Numbered from the stretch's first letter, positions 21,054 to 34,536 are shown. The stretch: DNA of 64,000 nucleotides from Nitrosopumilus sp. (GCA_965197525.1 OZ240211.1:384001-448000); one strand, 5' to 3'. Notes: generated by a model not told the origin, from the sequence alone. Made by a program: numbers and translations.

Positions 21054-21215
21054 TTACTGCAATGCAAAGTGAACATCGCAGAGTAATACTATACCACCAG
21101 GCAATGTTTTAGCAGTTACAGAGTTTGCCTCATTGACGCCGTTCCCACACACAAAGCATGCAATATCAGATACAGATGACTGCAATGGTACAGATTTTTT
21201 TGCAGGAAACCGCAT
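21054..21215 (-). CDS. Small Zn-finger hypothetical protein
   Basis: MRFPAKK...CFVCG...LCDVH; the ORF-track start at 21341 is probably too far upstream. Confidence 0.5.
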   Translation of the reverse strand: MRFPAKKSVPLQSSVSDIACFVCGNGVNEANSVTAKTLPGGIVLLCDVHFALQ

Positions 21216-21444
21216 ATCGTGTAATACTGCTTGAGTAGACATACTAGGTATACGATCGCGTATGTTATAAAGGTACCGTACTATACAGTACCATACTGTA
21301 TGAGGTATAATGTATGATGGAATCAGTGCAGAACTAGGCACAAATTTACAGAAACGAGGTCAGATTATGAGACACGGATCCGTGCACCATAGACAGAATC
21401 GTAGAGTCGATGTAAATAATAAACAGTTAAAATTTTGTTTATGG

Positions 21445-22803
21445 GTGAATGATGCTACCAGAAACACCTCTTCAGTAAGGATAATTCCAGTAGAGTTGCA
21501 TGGAAACCAATTTGAGGTTTACAATAAAATTGCTAGAAACTATTCATACTCGTTTCTATTTGAGACACTAGAGAGTGCCAAAATAAAAAATGCAATATCA
21601 ATTATAGGGTTTGACCCCAAGATAATATTCAAAGGGTATAAAGACAGAGTAGAGATTACTCAAGATGGAGCAGCAACCCAGGTCATAAAGACTACAAAAC
21701 CGTTTGCAGAACTAAAAAAGATATTAAAAAAATCCGATAATCATGCTTATCGATATCTAGGTGGCGCAGTAGGAATAGTGAACTATGATGCAATAAGACT
21801 AGTTGAAGACATTGAGGATTCGCACGGAGTAAAATATCCATTAATGGAGTTTGGAATTTATGATGATGGAATACTGTATGACAACACAAAGGGCAAGGCA
21901 TTTTATTTTTATCATGACGAATACAGGTTCGACAAGCTAAAATTTGACAAAGGAGAGTTCAGAGACTTTCACTCTAGCGACGTCACGCCATCTATAAGTA
22001 AAGAAGAGTTTTTCAAGGTTGTAGATAAAGCAAAAAAATACATCTATGAAGGGGACATATTTCAAGTCGTGCTGTCAATAAAATTTACATTTCAAACACA
22101 CGGGGATAATCTAAAATTATACAAAGCATTACGCAAATTAAACCCATCACCATACATGTACTATCTAAAACATGATAAAAAAAATGTTATTGGCACGTCG
22201 CCTGAAATGCTAGTCAGAATCACAGATGATATAGTGGAGACATTTCCAATCGCAGGTACAAGAAAGATTACAGATGATCAGATAAAAAATGCTCAGCGAT
22301 CAGAAGAACTGCTCAATGACGAAAAAGAGATAGCAGAACATACAATGCTATTAGATTTGGGGAGAAATGATATTGGCAAAGTATGCAAACCAGGATCAGT
22401 CAAAGTAGAGTCATTAATGAAGATAAAACAATTCAGCCATGTTCAGCATATGGTAAGTCATGTAACAGGCAAGATAGACTCGGATAATGACATGTTTGAT
22501 GCATTCCAAGCAATATTTCCTGCAGGGACAGTCTCAGGTGCGCCCAAAGTCAGAGCAATGGAGATAATTGACGAATTAGAGACGAGAACTAGAGAGGCGT
22601 ATGCTGGCGGAGTGGGATATTTTGCATACAACGGATATTGTGACTTTACAATAAACATTCGCAGCATATTCATTGATGGAGAGGAAGGATTCATACAAGC
22701 AGGCGCAGGAATTGTGTCTGACTCTACTGCAGAAGATGAGTTCAAAGAGATAGCACACAAATCAGGCGCCATGATTCAGGCATTAAAGGAAGCATCAGAC
22801 TAG
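21445..22803 (+). CDS. trpE: Anthranilate synthase component I
   Basis: GDIFQVVLS, LNPSPYM, SPEML, PIAGTR, EHTMLLDLGRND and GTVSGAPK motifs. Probable GTG start at 21445 (ORF open from 21310). Confidence 0.92.
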   Translation: MNDATRNTSSVRIIPVELHGNQFEVYNKIARNYSYSFLFETLESAKIKNAISIIGFDPKIIFKGYKDRVEITQDGAATQVIKTTKPFAELKKILKKSDNHAYRYLGGAVGIVNYDAIRLVEDIEDSHGVKYPLMEFGIYDDGILYDNTKGKAFYFYHDEYRFDKLKFDKGEFRDFHSSDVTPSISKEEFFKVVDKAKKYIYEGDIFQVVLSIKFTFQTHGDNLKLYKALRKLNPSPYMYYLKHDKKNVIGTSPEMLVRITDDIVETFPIAGTRKITDDQIKNAQRSEELLNDEKEIAEHTMLLDLGRNDIGKVCKPGSVKVESLMKIKQFSHVQHMVSHVTGKIDSDNDMFDAFQAIFPAGTVSGAPKVRAMEIIDELETRTREAYAGGVGYFAYNGYCDFTINIRSIFIDGEEGFIQAGAGIVSDSTAEDEFKEIAHKSGAMIQALKEASD

Positions 22804-22952
22804 ATGATTTGATGTTGCAAGATTGGCAGATTATCATCGCCGTCTCTTCATTCTGATACTAGCATTCGTTGGGATTATCTGTGTATTATTATCATTATTA
22901 CTATTATTATTATTATCATCAATACACAGTCATGCTAAAGAAACTACACAAA

Positions 22953-24459
22953 AGAGTTTATGATTAATCGGTTGGAAAAAAATTTCCGAAAAAATATTGG
23001 CATTACATATGGGGAGGTTAAAGCCCAACACGGGTAAGGCCCAACACGGTAAAATCAAAAAATCATGCGCAATCATGTGCATTTGGAATCTTCATGTGTA
23101 CCGGCTCGGCAGCATTATAAAATGAACAGACGCTATATCCTGCTCTTTATCTTATCCTTCCAGTATTGATAGGTATCATCCTGCCACATCTTTCGCTTGT
23201 TGTACATTCCACATATGCCGTTGAATTCTACGTTGAACTCTTCAGCAGTACCGTCGTATCGCCCGGACATGCGTTTCCAGTTTTTCACATGTGCAAAGAC
23301 GTTCTCTACAGGAACACGTCTTTTGGAGTGTGCCTTGTTTTGTGCTTTTTTGGTGGCAGTAAGCTTTCCTCCCTTGGGTTTTTTGTGTGGTACCTTTGCT
23401 GTTACCCCAAGAAGATAGTCCTGTATTCCCATGTATCCCCCGTCCAGATTCAGGCGTATGCGGTGGTCAGATGGTATGCGCTTTCCATTTATCATGCGAT
23501 CTGTCCATTTGCCAAAGTCTGGCAACCCTTGGGTCAATACAGTCAGGTCATGGCAGCTTCCCTCCCTGGAATCACTTATTCCAATGATGTAATTTTGCCT
23601 GTTTATCATCATGGCCGTGTTTATTGCAAACATTTTGCCCTTGCCAGAGTACTGTCTCTTTTGCTCGTCTTCGTCTTCAGGACGCGTGGTCTCTACAAGT
23701 GAGCCGTCTATGGTAATCTCACCACCGTCCCTGCCCGGTACAATCTCTTTGAACTCTTCTTCAGATTTTATCGTGGCAATGTACTTTGTAAGGTTGTCCG
23801 GTGTCACTACATATAGCTCATCATCGTACTTGTCTGCAAGCTTGAGATAGTTTGATACCGTGCTCTGATCTATACCAAAGAATGCACCAAGTGACTCCTG
23901 CCCCATGTTATGTGCCTTTCTTACCTGGGTCATGAGCAGAAAGTGCCGGATATACAACTTGCACTGGTTTCCGGACTCTTCTTTTCTATTATGGTCGTCC
24001 CGAAAGTGCGGGGCGTCGTTTGATTTTTTGATTATTCGGGTTAGATCCTCAAGCGTGTCATAAAATATCTCCTTTGTGTTTCTTGTAAGTGCGTTTATCA
24101 TCTTCTCATCTGAGAGCACATACTCTAACATTTCTTGTGCGTGAAGCAATCTTGTAGGCAGCACGGATGAATGCCTCATCTGTCCAAGCTCCGTATTCCA
24201 TAATGAGTCCTCCTTTGCTAGCCGTGTCTTCAGTCTCGAGATCTCTTTCTCTTTTTTCTTGTTCTCTTTGATCTGTTTTGTCTTCAGTCTCAAATTCTCT
24301 TTCTCTAACTTTGCCATCTTGGCCTCTAGTTTAGTTAGAACTTGTTTGTCCATTACCATATACTTGCAAGAGGTAAATTTAACGGCACGAGTTTAGTTTA
24401 ATAGAAAATTTGGCAAATTTTTCTGATCCTGTTTTTCTGGTCGATTAATCATAAACTCT
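22953..24459 (-). mobile_element. Complete 1507-bp IS5-family (ISL2-group, Harbinger-related DDE) insertion sequence
   Basis: Perfect 18-bp TIR AGAGTTTATGATTAATCG (22953-22970 and 24442-24459). AAA flanks both ends (22950-22952, 24460-24462), a candidate 3-bp TSD. Confidence 0.85.
23133..24359 (-). CDS. DDE transposase (DDE_Tnp_4 type) with N-terminal coiled coil
   Basis: IDGS, QYSGK, GSCHD, LDGGYMG, PHKKPKGGKLT and RRVPVENVFAHVK motifs. Confidence 0.9.
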   Translation of the reverse strand: MVMDKQVLTKLEAKMAKLEKENLRLKTKQIKENKKKEKEISRLKTRLAKEDSLWNTELGQMRHSSVLPTRLLHAQEMLEYVLSDEKMINALTRNTKEIFYDTLEDLTRIIKKSNDAPHFRDDHNRKEESGNQCKLYIRHFLLMTQVRKAHNMGQESLGAFFGIDQSTVSNYLKLADKYDDELYVVTPDNLTKYIATIKSEEEFKEIVPGRDGGEITIDGSLVETTRPEDEDEQKRQYSGKGKMFAINTAMMINRQNYIIGISDSREGSCHDLTVLTQGLPDFGKWTDRMINGKRIPSDHRIRLNLDGGYMGIQDYLLGVTAKVPHKKPKGGKLTATKKAQNKAHSKRRVPVENVFAHVKNWKRMSGRYDGTAEEFNVEFNGICGMYNKRKMWQDDTYQYWKDKIKSRI

Positions 24460-24474
24460 AAAGTCAAAAGTACA

Positions 24475-24726
24475 TTACGGATCATCTGACTTTTCAAGCA
24501 ACTCTTTGATTACACGAGTTCTGACATTCGCATACTCCCATTGCCGCAGATTCGCTTGCTTGCACTCCTCCTTGATTATCAGTCCTGCCAGACCGTTACT
24601 CCAGATGTGACGTCTGGTATCGTACACCTGGATTATCTTTCCATGTTTTGTAACCTTGATTGCGCCATGACATCTTTGAATCACACGTGGTGTTACCATT
24701 CGATAGATCTTCTCAAAGTCTGTCAT
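24475..24726 (-). CDS. Conserved thaumarchaeal hypothetical protein
   Basis: MTDFEKIYRMVTPRVIQRCHGAIKVTKHG...; the ORF is open from 24789. Confidence 0.65.
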   Translation of the reverse strand: MTDFEKIYRMVTPRVIQRCHGAIKVTKHGKIIQVYDTRRHIWSNGLAGLIIKEECKQANLRQWEYANVRTRVIKELLEKSDDP

Positions 24727-25405
24727 GTCATTACTGCACCGTGTCGTGTCAAAAAGGTTCTGGTTATGGTGTAGAATTCTACCGTACAAAAATCATATTG
24801 CCTATGCATTAAACGCCTGACTAATTGTTTTGTCTCGGTTTTTCATGGATTTGTTTATAATTTCGGCGGTCGGATCCGAAGTAATCACACTCATCAAGTA
24901 TGATTACATCCCGAGGTTCTTAAACATGATAGAATTGAAACAACATACAATTCCGTCAAGCGTGTTTGGCTTGCGCTCTGTCCTGATTTGGGACTGATTC
25001 GTGGTAGAGTCTTTATCATCTGCCGCGCCGAACACGTATTCATGCCCCAGAAATGTCCAAGATGCGGAAGCTCCAAGGTGACAGAGAGAGTCTACGAATT
25101 CCGATTGAGATTGGGAGAAGGGTGGACTTGGGCATTCTGCATTCGTTTGAACTGGAAGATTTTTTAGTACCATGTTTGCTTGGTTTGCTTGGAGGGTATG
25201 TGTTTTTGGTCATGATTAGTGGTCTGATTGGCAACGCACCTCTGCTCAAGACAATTTTCGATTGAAAGCGTTTTATACACCGTTCAAATTCAGTTGACAT
25301 GCCTAATCTGATCTGATTTTGAACCAATTAGGCATAGTTGATGATAATTAGGAAACAAAGTCATACAACAGACATGAATATATACAAAAAGGAATTACAA
25401 AAAAT

Positions 25406-25801
25406 ATGAAAGATCCTGTTGTTGCTTACAAAGAGAGATTAGAAATTATATCTAGTTTGACAAAAAAAGAAGAATATGCAAATTGTTTTAATATTGCAAA
25501 AAATTTGACTAATTTTAGTTGGACAATGGAATTAAAAGATGAAGTATTTATCAGTGAAATTTTAGAAGCGTTATTCAGTGAACTGAATTTACTGATACAA
25601 AAGTATAAGATACCACCTGAAAAAAGAGAGGAACTAAAGAAAGAGCTAGTCAAATACATGGAAAAATTAATTTCGATATATGACGAAAAAAACTCGGATA
25701 AACTATATGATTGCTTGAAAGATTTTAGATATTGCGCAACTTTTCATCAACTTAACGCATGGCAAAAATATCCAGAACGACTAGAAGGTAGGTATGCATG
25801 A
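25406..25801 (+). CDS. AT-rich helical hypothetical protein, first gene of the TA-containing operon
   Basis: 131 aa; its stop overlaps the next start. Confidence 0.65.
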   Translation: MKDPVVAYKERLEIISSLTKKEEYANCFNIAKNLTNFSWTMELKDEVFISEILEALFSELNLLIQKYKIPPEKREELKKELVKYMEKLISIYDEKNSDKLYDCLKDFRYCATFHQLNAWQKYPERLEGRYA

Positions 25802-26087
25802 TAAATTGACTCTGTTAACAGAATTCCAAAAAAATGAAGAAAAACAAAAATCACAACTAATATATCGTAATTTATTAGAAATCAAAGAAAAACCACCTAA
25901 AGAAGCACATGAAATTATTGTTAGAATACTTTACAACCAACAAGAGCGTATACAAAAACTAATCGAGCATAACCGAGAACTATGGTTACAAATTCAGACA
26001 TATAAAAATAATCAACAGGAGACAACGCAAGATATTATGAGAGAAATCTGGGATAATGAAGAGGATGAGTTCTGGGATAGCCTTTGA
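25794..26087 (+). CDS. Putative antitoxin of the PemK/MazF module
   Basis: Overlaps the toxin. Acidic C-terminal IWDNEEDEFWDSL resembles the WxxxEEDxxWxxL tails of PemK-associated antitoxins. Confidence 0.55.
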   Translation: MHDKLTLLTEFQKNEEKQKSQLIYRNLLEIKEKPPKEAHEIIVRILYNQQERIQKLIEHNRELWLQIQTYKNNQQETTQDIMREIWDNEEDEFWDSL

Positions 26088-26418
26088 ACCTCAAGAAATT
26101 CTTTTGACTAGTGTAGTATTCCCTGAACAAAAATCTAAACAACGGCCTGTGTTAGTTATTTCCAAATTTTCAAAACAGGATTCTAGAAATACGTTCATCT
26201 GTTTACCAATAACATCTTCTTTATCTGATGATCAATTTGCAATGGGCATCGATGCTGCAGATATGCAGGATGGTCGTTTGTATAAACCAAGTCAAGTCTT
26301 ATGCGAATATTATTTTACACAATTAAAAACACATGTAATTAAGAAAATCGGAAAAGTTACCCCACAATTCTATCAAAAAATTAAACAAAAAATACGTCAA
26401 GATATTTTAGATATTTAA
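26056..26418 (+). CDS. PemK/MazF-family endoribonuclease toxin
   Basis: FPEQKSKQRPVLVIS, CLPITS, LYKPSQV and IKKIGKV pattern. Confidence 0.8.
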   Translation: MKRMSSGIAFEPQEILLTSVVFPEQKSKQRPVLVISKFSKQDSRNTFICLPITSSLSDDQFAMGIDAADMQDGRLYKPSQVLCEYYFTQLKTHVIKKIGKVTPQFYQKIKQKIRQDILDI

Positions 26419-26895
26419 ATTCAAAAAATAAACATGATTATCTCACACCATGAGGCATTTGCCACTTTATTGGTGAATAGAACATCTGTGTACGGATTGA
26501 TCGAGATCCATGATGCCACATACAGCATTGAGTTTACCGAAATAGAGCATGTGCACTGGTTATATGAAAAGAATATACCGTGTACCCTGATTAGATTATT
26601 CAGTTTCGTTTAGATCAAAAAACCACAATTGGTTGAGAGACAAATAACACATTCAAATATTGGATCTTAAGACTAATTTTCCACATAATTCACAGTTTTC
26701 CAAAATAACAGATCAGACAGAAAACAGAGAATGTAACATTTTATATATTTCCCAATCACCAACTATGTCATGAGTCACACATCAGGTAAATCTCACAAGA
26801 TATGTACCACTACTAGATGTACGACTCGTTGTTTTTGGCTTTTGGGATAAGTTGTCAAATATTCAAGATAAAAAATGTACATCGGAGGTGACGTT

Positions 26896-27504
26896 ATGAA
26901 ATTTCTCATAATTGACAATTATGACTCATTTGTATATAATATTGCACAGTATCTAGGAGAGTTGGGAGTAGATTGTGATGTTGTCAGAAATGACAAAATT
27001 ACAGTAAAAGAGATAGAACAGACAGGAGGATACGATGCAGTAGTAATATCACCCGGACCGGGAACACCAATCGATAAAAAATATTTTGGAGTGTGTAGTG
27101 ATATAATCAGAGATATCGGACACGATATGCCAATTCTTGGTATATGTCTTGGACATCAAGGGATCATCGATGCGTTTGGAGGCACTGTGACTAATGCAGG
27201 TACAGTCAGACATGGAAAGACCAGCCCGATAACATATACAGACTCTGAGCTATTTCAAGACGTAGAGAACCCATTTCAAGCAACAAGGTATCATAGTCTA
27301 GTAGGCGATAAGACAGTAATTCCCGACGTACTACAAGTTATAGCAACAGCAGATGATGACAATGAGATCATGGCAGTAAGACACAGAAAACACCTAATCC
27401 AAGGCGTGCAATTTCATCCAGAGTCAATAATGACCAAAGAAGGTAAAAAAATTCTCAGGAACTTCATAAGACAGGTAAAGACACAAAAGGCAATACGGCG
27501 ATGA
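26896..27504 (+). CDS. trpG: Anthranilate synthase component II (glutamine amidotransferase)
   Basis: IIDNYDSF, ISPGPG, GICLGHQ, ATRYHSL and QFHPES motifs. GGAGGTGA Shine-Dalgarno at 26884-26891. Confidence 0.93.
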   Translation: MKFLIIDNYDSFVYNIAQYLGELGVDCDVVRNDKITVKEIEQTGGYDAVVISPGPGTPIDKKYFGVCSDIIRDIGHDMPILGICLGHQGIIDAFGGTVTNAGTVRHGKTSPITYTDSELFQDVENPFQATRYHSLVGDKTVIPDVLQVIATADDDNEIMAVRHRKHLIQGVQFHPESIMTKEGKKILRNFIRQVKTQKAIRR

Positions 27505-28577
27505 TGATGGTGATGACAAGCAGTGAGAGTATGACGATGTCACATATTATAATGAAATTACAGCAAGGAGAAGATCTAACAGACGATGAGATCGACTGTG
27601 TTATGACAGACATGCTTTCTGGAAGAGCAGACAAACAGAGTATAATAGATTTTTTATCAAACCTGACAAGAAAAGGAGAGACTGACGACGAGTTAGTAGG
27701 CATGTTAGAGAAGATGCAAGAGTTTTCGTTACAAGTGGATATCAAAGATAAAACATCAACTGCAATAGACATGTGTGGGACAGGAGGGGACAGACTTGAG
27801 ACGTTTAACATCTCAACTACTGCGTCGTTTGTAGTAACAGCTGCAGGCGGATTAGTTGCAAAACATGGAAACCGCTCTAGTCTAGGAGTTTCTGGCAGTT
27901 CTGATATCTTTGAGTATTTCGGATATAGTTTGAACAAAGAACCAGTAGAGATTGCAGACATCTTAAGAGAGAACAACATCTGTTTTATGTTTGCGCAAAA
28001 ATTTCATCCGGCAATGAAGCACGTGGCTGCTGCAAGAAAGCAGATAAAGACGAGAACGGCATTTAATCTTCTAGGCCCATTGTCAAATCCCGCAATGGTG
28101 AAAAATCAGCTAGTAGGAGTGTCAAGTATGGAACATTTGAAGAGATTGCCTGTAATTCTGAAGAGAAGAGGAGCCAAAAACATCATATCAGTTTGCTCAA
28201 ACAACGGAATGGACGAACTATCAACTAGTGGGGTAAACCAAATATGTGTATTAAAAGACGGCAATATCACAACAGCTGCGTTAGATCCGCTAGATGTAGG
28301 GTTGCACAGATCAAGGTTGGCAGACATACAGATAAAGACAAGAGAGGATGCAATACGATCATTTGTAAATGTGTTAAACGGGACGGCAAACCAGGCAATG
28401 ATTGAAACCACAGCACTAAATGCGGCAGGGGGATTGATAGTGGCAGGCATGGCAGACAACTTTGATGATGGGACAAATCTTGCATTAGACACAATAAAGA
28501 ACGGTAAAGCATTCAGATGCTTGAGACAGTTTGTTAAAAATACAGGAGATGTGTCAAAACTAGATGATGTGATATAA
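27501..28577 (+). CDS. trpD: Anthranilate phosphoribosyltransferase
   Basis: DMCGTGGD, FNISTT, AKHGNRS, RTAFNLLGPL and GMDE motifs. Confidence 0.93.
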   Translation: MMMVMTSSESMTMSHIIMKLQQGEDLTDDEIDCVMTDMLSGRADKQSIIDFLSNLTRKGETDDELVGMLEKMQEFSLQVDIKDKTSTAIDMCGTGGDRLETFNISTTASFVVTAAGGLVAKHGNRSSLGVSGSSDIFEYFGYSLNKEPVEIADILRENNICFMFAQKFHPAMKHVAAARKQIKTRTAFNLLGPLSNPAMVKNQLVGVSSMEHLKRLPVILKRRGAKNIISVCSNNGMDELSTSGVNQICVLKDGNITTAALDPLDVGLHRSRLADIQIKTREDAIRSFVNVLNGTANQAMIETTALNAAGGLIVAGMADNFDDGTNLALDTIKNGKAFRCLRQFVKNTGDVSKLDDVI

Positions 28578-29352
28578 TGGCAGGCAATATTCTAAAAAAA
28601 CTAGTGAATAATTCTCAGATAGCAATTGATGATGGGGCATATGATGTTGACGTTAACTTGCAGAGATCAGAGAAGGATTTTAAGACGATAATAAAGACAA
28701 ATACACATGCAACGCTACTAACTGAGATAAAGTTCTCATCGCCGTCATTGGGAAAGATCAGAACACCGAGTGATGCTGCCAGCATAGCAAGGCAGATGGT
28801 GGCAGGAGGTGCAAGGGCCATATCAGTACTTACACAACCACATCTGTTTCATGGATCACCTGACTATCTCATAAACGTAAGACAGGCAACTGACGTGCCA
28901 ATACTGATGAAGGATGTCATGATAGACCATATTCAAATTGATGCAGCAGAAAAGATTGGAGCAGACTACATACTGGTAATACAATCACTGTACAATCAAG
29001 GATACCTCAAAGATATAGACGAGTTTATCAGATATGCCCATAATAAAGGATTAGAGGTGTTATTAGAGGTGCATACAAAAAAAGAGCTGCAAGATGCTCA
29101 AAACACCATGGCAGATATAATCGGCATAAACAATCGAAATCTTGATACGCTAAACATAGATGTCAAAAATACAGAAGAGTTGTTGGCAGGGTATCAAAAG
29201 ACGACGGTGCCAATAATATCAGAGAGCGGGATAGAGACAACAGATGATATAAGATATCTAAAAAAATGCGGAGCTGACGCATTTCTAGTGGGAACAAGCA
29301 TAATGAAGAGCAGTAATATTGAACAACATGTCCGAGGATTGGTGAATGCGTT

Positions 29353-29356
<4 letters not shown>
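28577..29356 (+). CDS. trpC: Indole-3-glycerol phosphate synthase
   Basis: [33 protein letters not shown] and FLVGTSIM motifs. Confidence 0.92.
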
Positions 29357-31402
<2,046 letters not shown>

Positions 31403-31799
31403 GTGGCAGTCGACTGAAACAAAGTACGCTGCCAACTCTTCAATGTTTTTCGATCCCTAGTTAAGTTAGTATTTCTTCAAGATATATCAAGTGTGAAATG
31501 CTTAATTTTTTAATAATTTACCACCCTGATTTAACACGAGTTCTAAAAATCCCCAAAATTTAACAGTGTAGAAATACTGTATTAGTATCGTTTGTGATCA
31601 CATTGAATAGAGGGATAAACCGTTTTTCGATAAATTCAGACAAGCCAAAAACAGTTCAGAATACTTTGGCTGATTGATCAGCTGTTTATTTTGCTCCATT
31701 CCTTGTATTTTATGACAATTGACTTTTCTTAGACTATATCAGATGCTTGACATGCCATCAATACAAAACATACAAAAACTAGATATTCGTTTTAGTAAC

Positions 31800-33416
31800 G
31801 TGAAGACAAAGTTCATTTTTGTGACAGGAGGGGTAATGTCAGGCCTTGGCAAGGGTGTAACTACGTCATCGATTGCAAAGTTACTACAGTTAGCCAATCA
31901 AAGGGTATCATGTGTCAAGATAGACCCATACCTCAACTACGATGCAGGCACGATGAATCCAATAGCACATGGAGAGGTCTTTGTCACAGAAGATGGGGGA
32001 GAATGCGACATGGATATTGGAAATTATGAGAGATTTCTAAACCAGGATCTTACCAAACACCACAACATCACAACAGCGCAGGTATACTCTACAGTCATAA
32101 ATGCAGAGAGAAGAGGTGAATATCTAGGGGCATGTGTTCAGATAATTCCTCATGTGACTGACGAGATTAAAAACAGGATAACAGGTATTGCCAAAGACGA
32201 AGAGTTGGATTTTTTAATTGTAGAATGTGGCGGTACTGTAGGCGATATTGAGTCACTGCCATTCTTAGAAGCACTCAGGGAACTACGAATGGAGAAAGGA
32301 GCACAAGGAGTCATCTTTGTCCATGTAACATTAGCGCCATCATTAGATGTTGTAGGAGAACAGAAAACAAAACCTACACAGCACAGTGTTCAGGAATTAA
32401 GAAGAATAGGAATTCAACCCGACTTTCTAGCAGTAAGATGCAGTACCCCGCTAGAGGAGAAGACCAAGAAAAAGATTGCAATGTTTACAAACGTTACAAT
32501 AAAAGACGTACTATCATGTCACGATTCAGAGTCAATATTCAAGGTGCCTCAAATACTATACAAGCAAGACGTCATGAAATCGATATGCGCAAAATTAGGG
32601 AATGAAGAGACAACACTAAACCCAATAATTAATTTTGATGAATGGAACAAGATAACAGACGAGGCTGTAACAACAGATAGTATAAGTGACAAAATCAGGA
32701 TTGCGATAGTTGGAAAGTATGTGACACTAGCTGATAGTTATGTCAGTGTAAATCATGCACTAAAACATGCGGCAGCAAAGATAAAACGAGCAATAGACAT
32801 TGACTGGATAGACTCAGAGTTAATCACAGATTATGATGGCATATTATCAAAGTATGACGGAATTCTAGTTCCAGGCGGATTTGGTATTAGGGGTTCTGAG
32901 GGGATTATTAAAACTGCAAAATATGCGCGTGAAAATAATGTACCATACCTTGGAATATGTTTCGGATTCCAACTAGCTGCAGTAGAGTTTGGAAGAAGCG
33001 TATTGAATTTAGAGGATGCAAACTCAACTGAGATAAAAAAGGATGCAAAAAACCCAGTTGTGGATTTACTACCAGAGCAAAAAGATGTTGAGGATATGGG
33101 AGGATCGCTCAGATTGGGTGCAAATGAGATTAGAATCAAAAAAGGCACAACCGCAGAAAAAATTTACAAAAATACAGTAATCAGCAAGCGTCACAGGCAC
33201 AGATATGAGATTAACTCAGAGTACATTGCAGAGTTTGAGAGAAATGGAATGATATTTTCAGCAGATAGTGACAATAGTCGACGGATGGAGATACTAGAGA
33301 TCCCGTCACAGAAATTTCACATAGGAGTGCAATTCCATCCAGAGTTTAACAGTAGACCAGGATTCCCTGAAGAGTCTTTTCTAGCGTTTGTTATAGCGTC
33401 TACTGAAAAACCATAA
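31800..33416 (+). CDS. pyrG: CTP synthase
   Basis: [37 protein letters not shown] and QFHPEF motifs; probable GTG start at 31800. Confidence 0.95.
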   Translation: MKTKFIFVTGGVMSGLGKGVTTSSIAKLLQLANQRVSCVKIDPYLNYDAGTMNPIAHGEVFVTEDGGECDMDIGNYERFLNQDLTKHHNITTAQVYSTVINAERRGEYLGACVQIIPHVTDEIKNRITGIAKDEELDFLIVECGGTVGDIESLPFLEALRELRMEKGAQGVIFVHVTLAPSLDVVGEQKTKPTQHSVQELRRIGIQPDFLAVRCSTPLEEKTKKKIAMFTNVTIKDVLSCHDSESIFKVPQILYKQDVMKSICAKLGNEETTLNPIINFDEWNKITDEAVTTDSISDKIRIAIVGKYVTLADSYVSVNHALKHAAAKIKRAIDIDWIDSELITDYDGILSKYDGILVPGGFGIRGSEGIIKTAKYARENNVPYLGICFGFQLAAVEFGRSVLNLEDANSTEIKKDAKNPVVDLLPEQKDVEDMGGSLRLGANEIRIKKGTTAEKIYKNTVISKRHRHRYEINSEYIAEFERNGMIFSADSDNSRRMEILEIPSQKFHIGVQFHPEFNSRPGFPEESFLAFVIASTEKP

Positions 33417-33522
33417 ATTCGAATAAAAAAATTCCCAGATGTAATGCCTAGATGAATAAATATTGAGAGGGAGAGAAAAAAGAGGAAATGCAACGATGCA
33501 AATGAAAATCACAGCAGACACA

Positions 33523-34536
33523 TTATTCAATTTTGGAAATTTCATAAATCTTTTGTCTTGCATCTCGAATTGAGATTTTTTTCTTGACATAACCCTTCTT
33601 CAAAAGATTGCTTAATCCAAGTCTGACAGTTCGGTCAGGAAGGAGTGTTTTGTTTACTAGATCTTTTTGCGTTAACGCACCCTCATACTCTAAAGTTTTT
33701 AACAACAGTTTAGAACTCGGAGGCATACTAAGCAAATCTTCTGCTAGGTGTACCTTTTTGGCAAGAGCAGATATAGCGGTAGAATCTTTTTTAAGTCGGA
33801 TAATTTTAGCAGATGGAAAGAATTGAGTGCATTCTACAGTGTTGTTTACCTTGTACCGGTCCAATCCGTCAAGAATGGCCTCGCAATGCACTCTAGCAAA
33901 TATATCATCAATCTCAATAGAGCTGTTATTTGAGACGATGATTGGTCTACGAGTAACATCAAGAGAGTTTACTGAAATTATTTCAAATACTGCTGAATCC
34001 TGGAATAAGACAGGTCCGCCTGCAGACATTGAATATGCAGAAGAACCTATAGGGGTAGACACTATAATACCGTCACTGTTATCATGCCATACTTCATCGC
34101 CGTTAACTCGCAGCGAATGTTCCATGAGTATTGCACTCTTCGATGAGAATATAGCAACATCATTGAGTACAGGATAAACACCCTTTCCGTCAATTTTAAC
34201 GCCCAGTCTTGGGACATGTTCAATGGAATAGTTCTGTTTTTTTAAGATGTTAACATAGGTAGAGAATTCACGTAACTCAATCTGTGCTAGAAATCCTCTT
34301 GATTCACCATCACCTATTCCCAATACTGGGGATGCAGAGTCAAATGTCCTATGAAAATAGTTTCTGACTCCCTTATCACCGCCTAGAACAATGATACAGT
34401 CTACTTGTTTGTTCTTTGATTTTGTAATTGAGAATGACTTGATCTTGTTCTCATCAAGTATTTTTTTAATCGATTTGGCAGCGGCATCAGTTGCCTCAGA
34501 ACTATAGATGCCCACTCTCATTTTATAGTCAGCCAT
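33523..34536 (-). CDS. nadK: NAD(+) kinase with C-terminal MarR-like HTH
   Basis: LGGDKG, LND, DGIIVSTPIGSSAYSMSAGGP motifs; the C-terminus LEYEGALTQKDL...RTVRLGL is a wHTH. Confidence 0.8.
   Translation of the reverse strand: MADYKMRVGIYSSEATDAAAKSIKKILDENKIKSFSITKSKNKQVDCIIVLGGDKGVRNYFHRTFDSASPVLGIGDGESRGFLAQIELREFSTYVNILKKQNYSIEHVPRLGVKIDGKGVYPVLNDVAIFSSKSAILMEHSLRVNGDEVWHDNSDGIIVSTPIGSSAYSMSAGGPVLFQDSAVFEIISVNSLDVTRRPIIVSNNSSIEIDDIFARVHCEAILDGLDRYKVNNTVECTQFFPSAKIIRLKKDSTAISALAKKVHLAEDLLSMPPSSKLLLKTLEYEGALTQKDLVNKTLLPDRTVRLGLSNLLKKGYVKKKISIRDARQKIYEISKIE

Noticed and set aside
22953-24459. IS5/ISL2 transposase as the mobiliser of the TnpB elements
   Set aside because: Its TIR (AGAGTTTATG...) and 3-bp flank repeat do not match the GGTTCTGT TIR and 8-bp TSD.
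24894-25330. Several short overlapping ORFs between the conserved gene and the TA operon
   Set aside because: None has a recognisable domain beyond a lone CPRC; probably decayed DNA, so no call was made.
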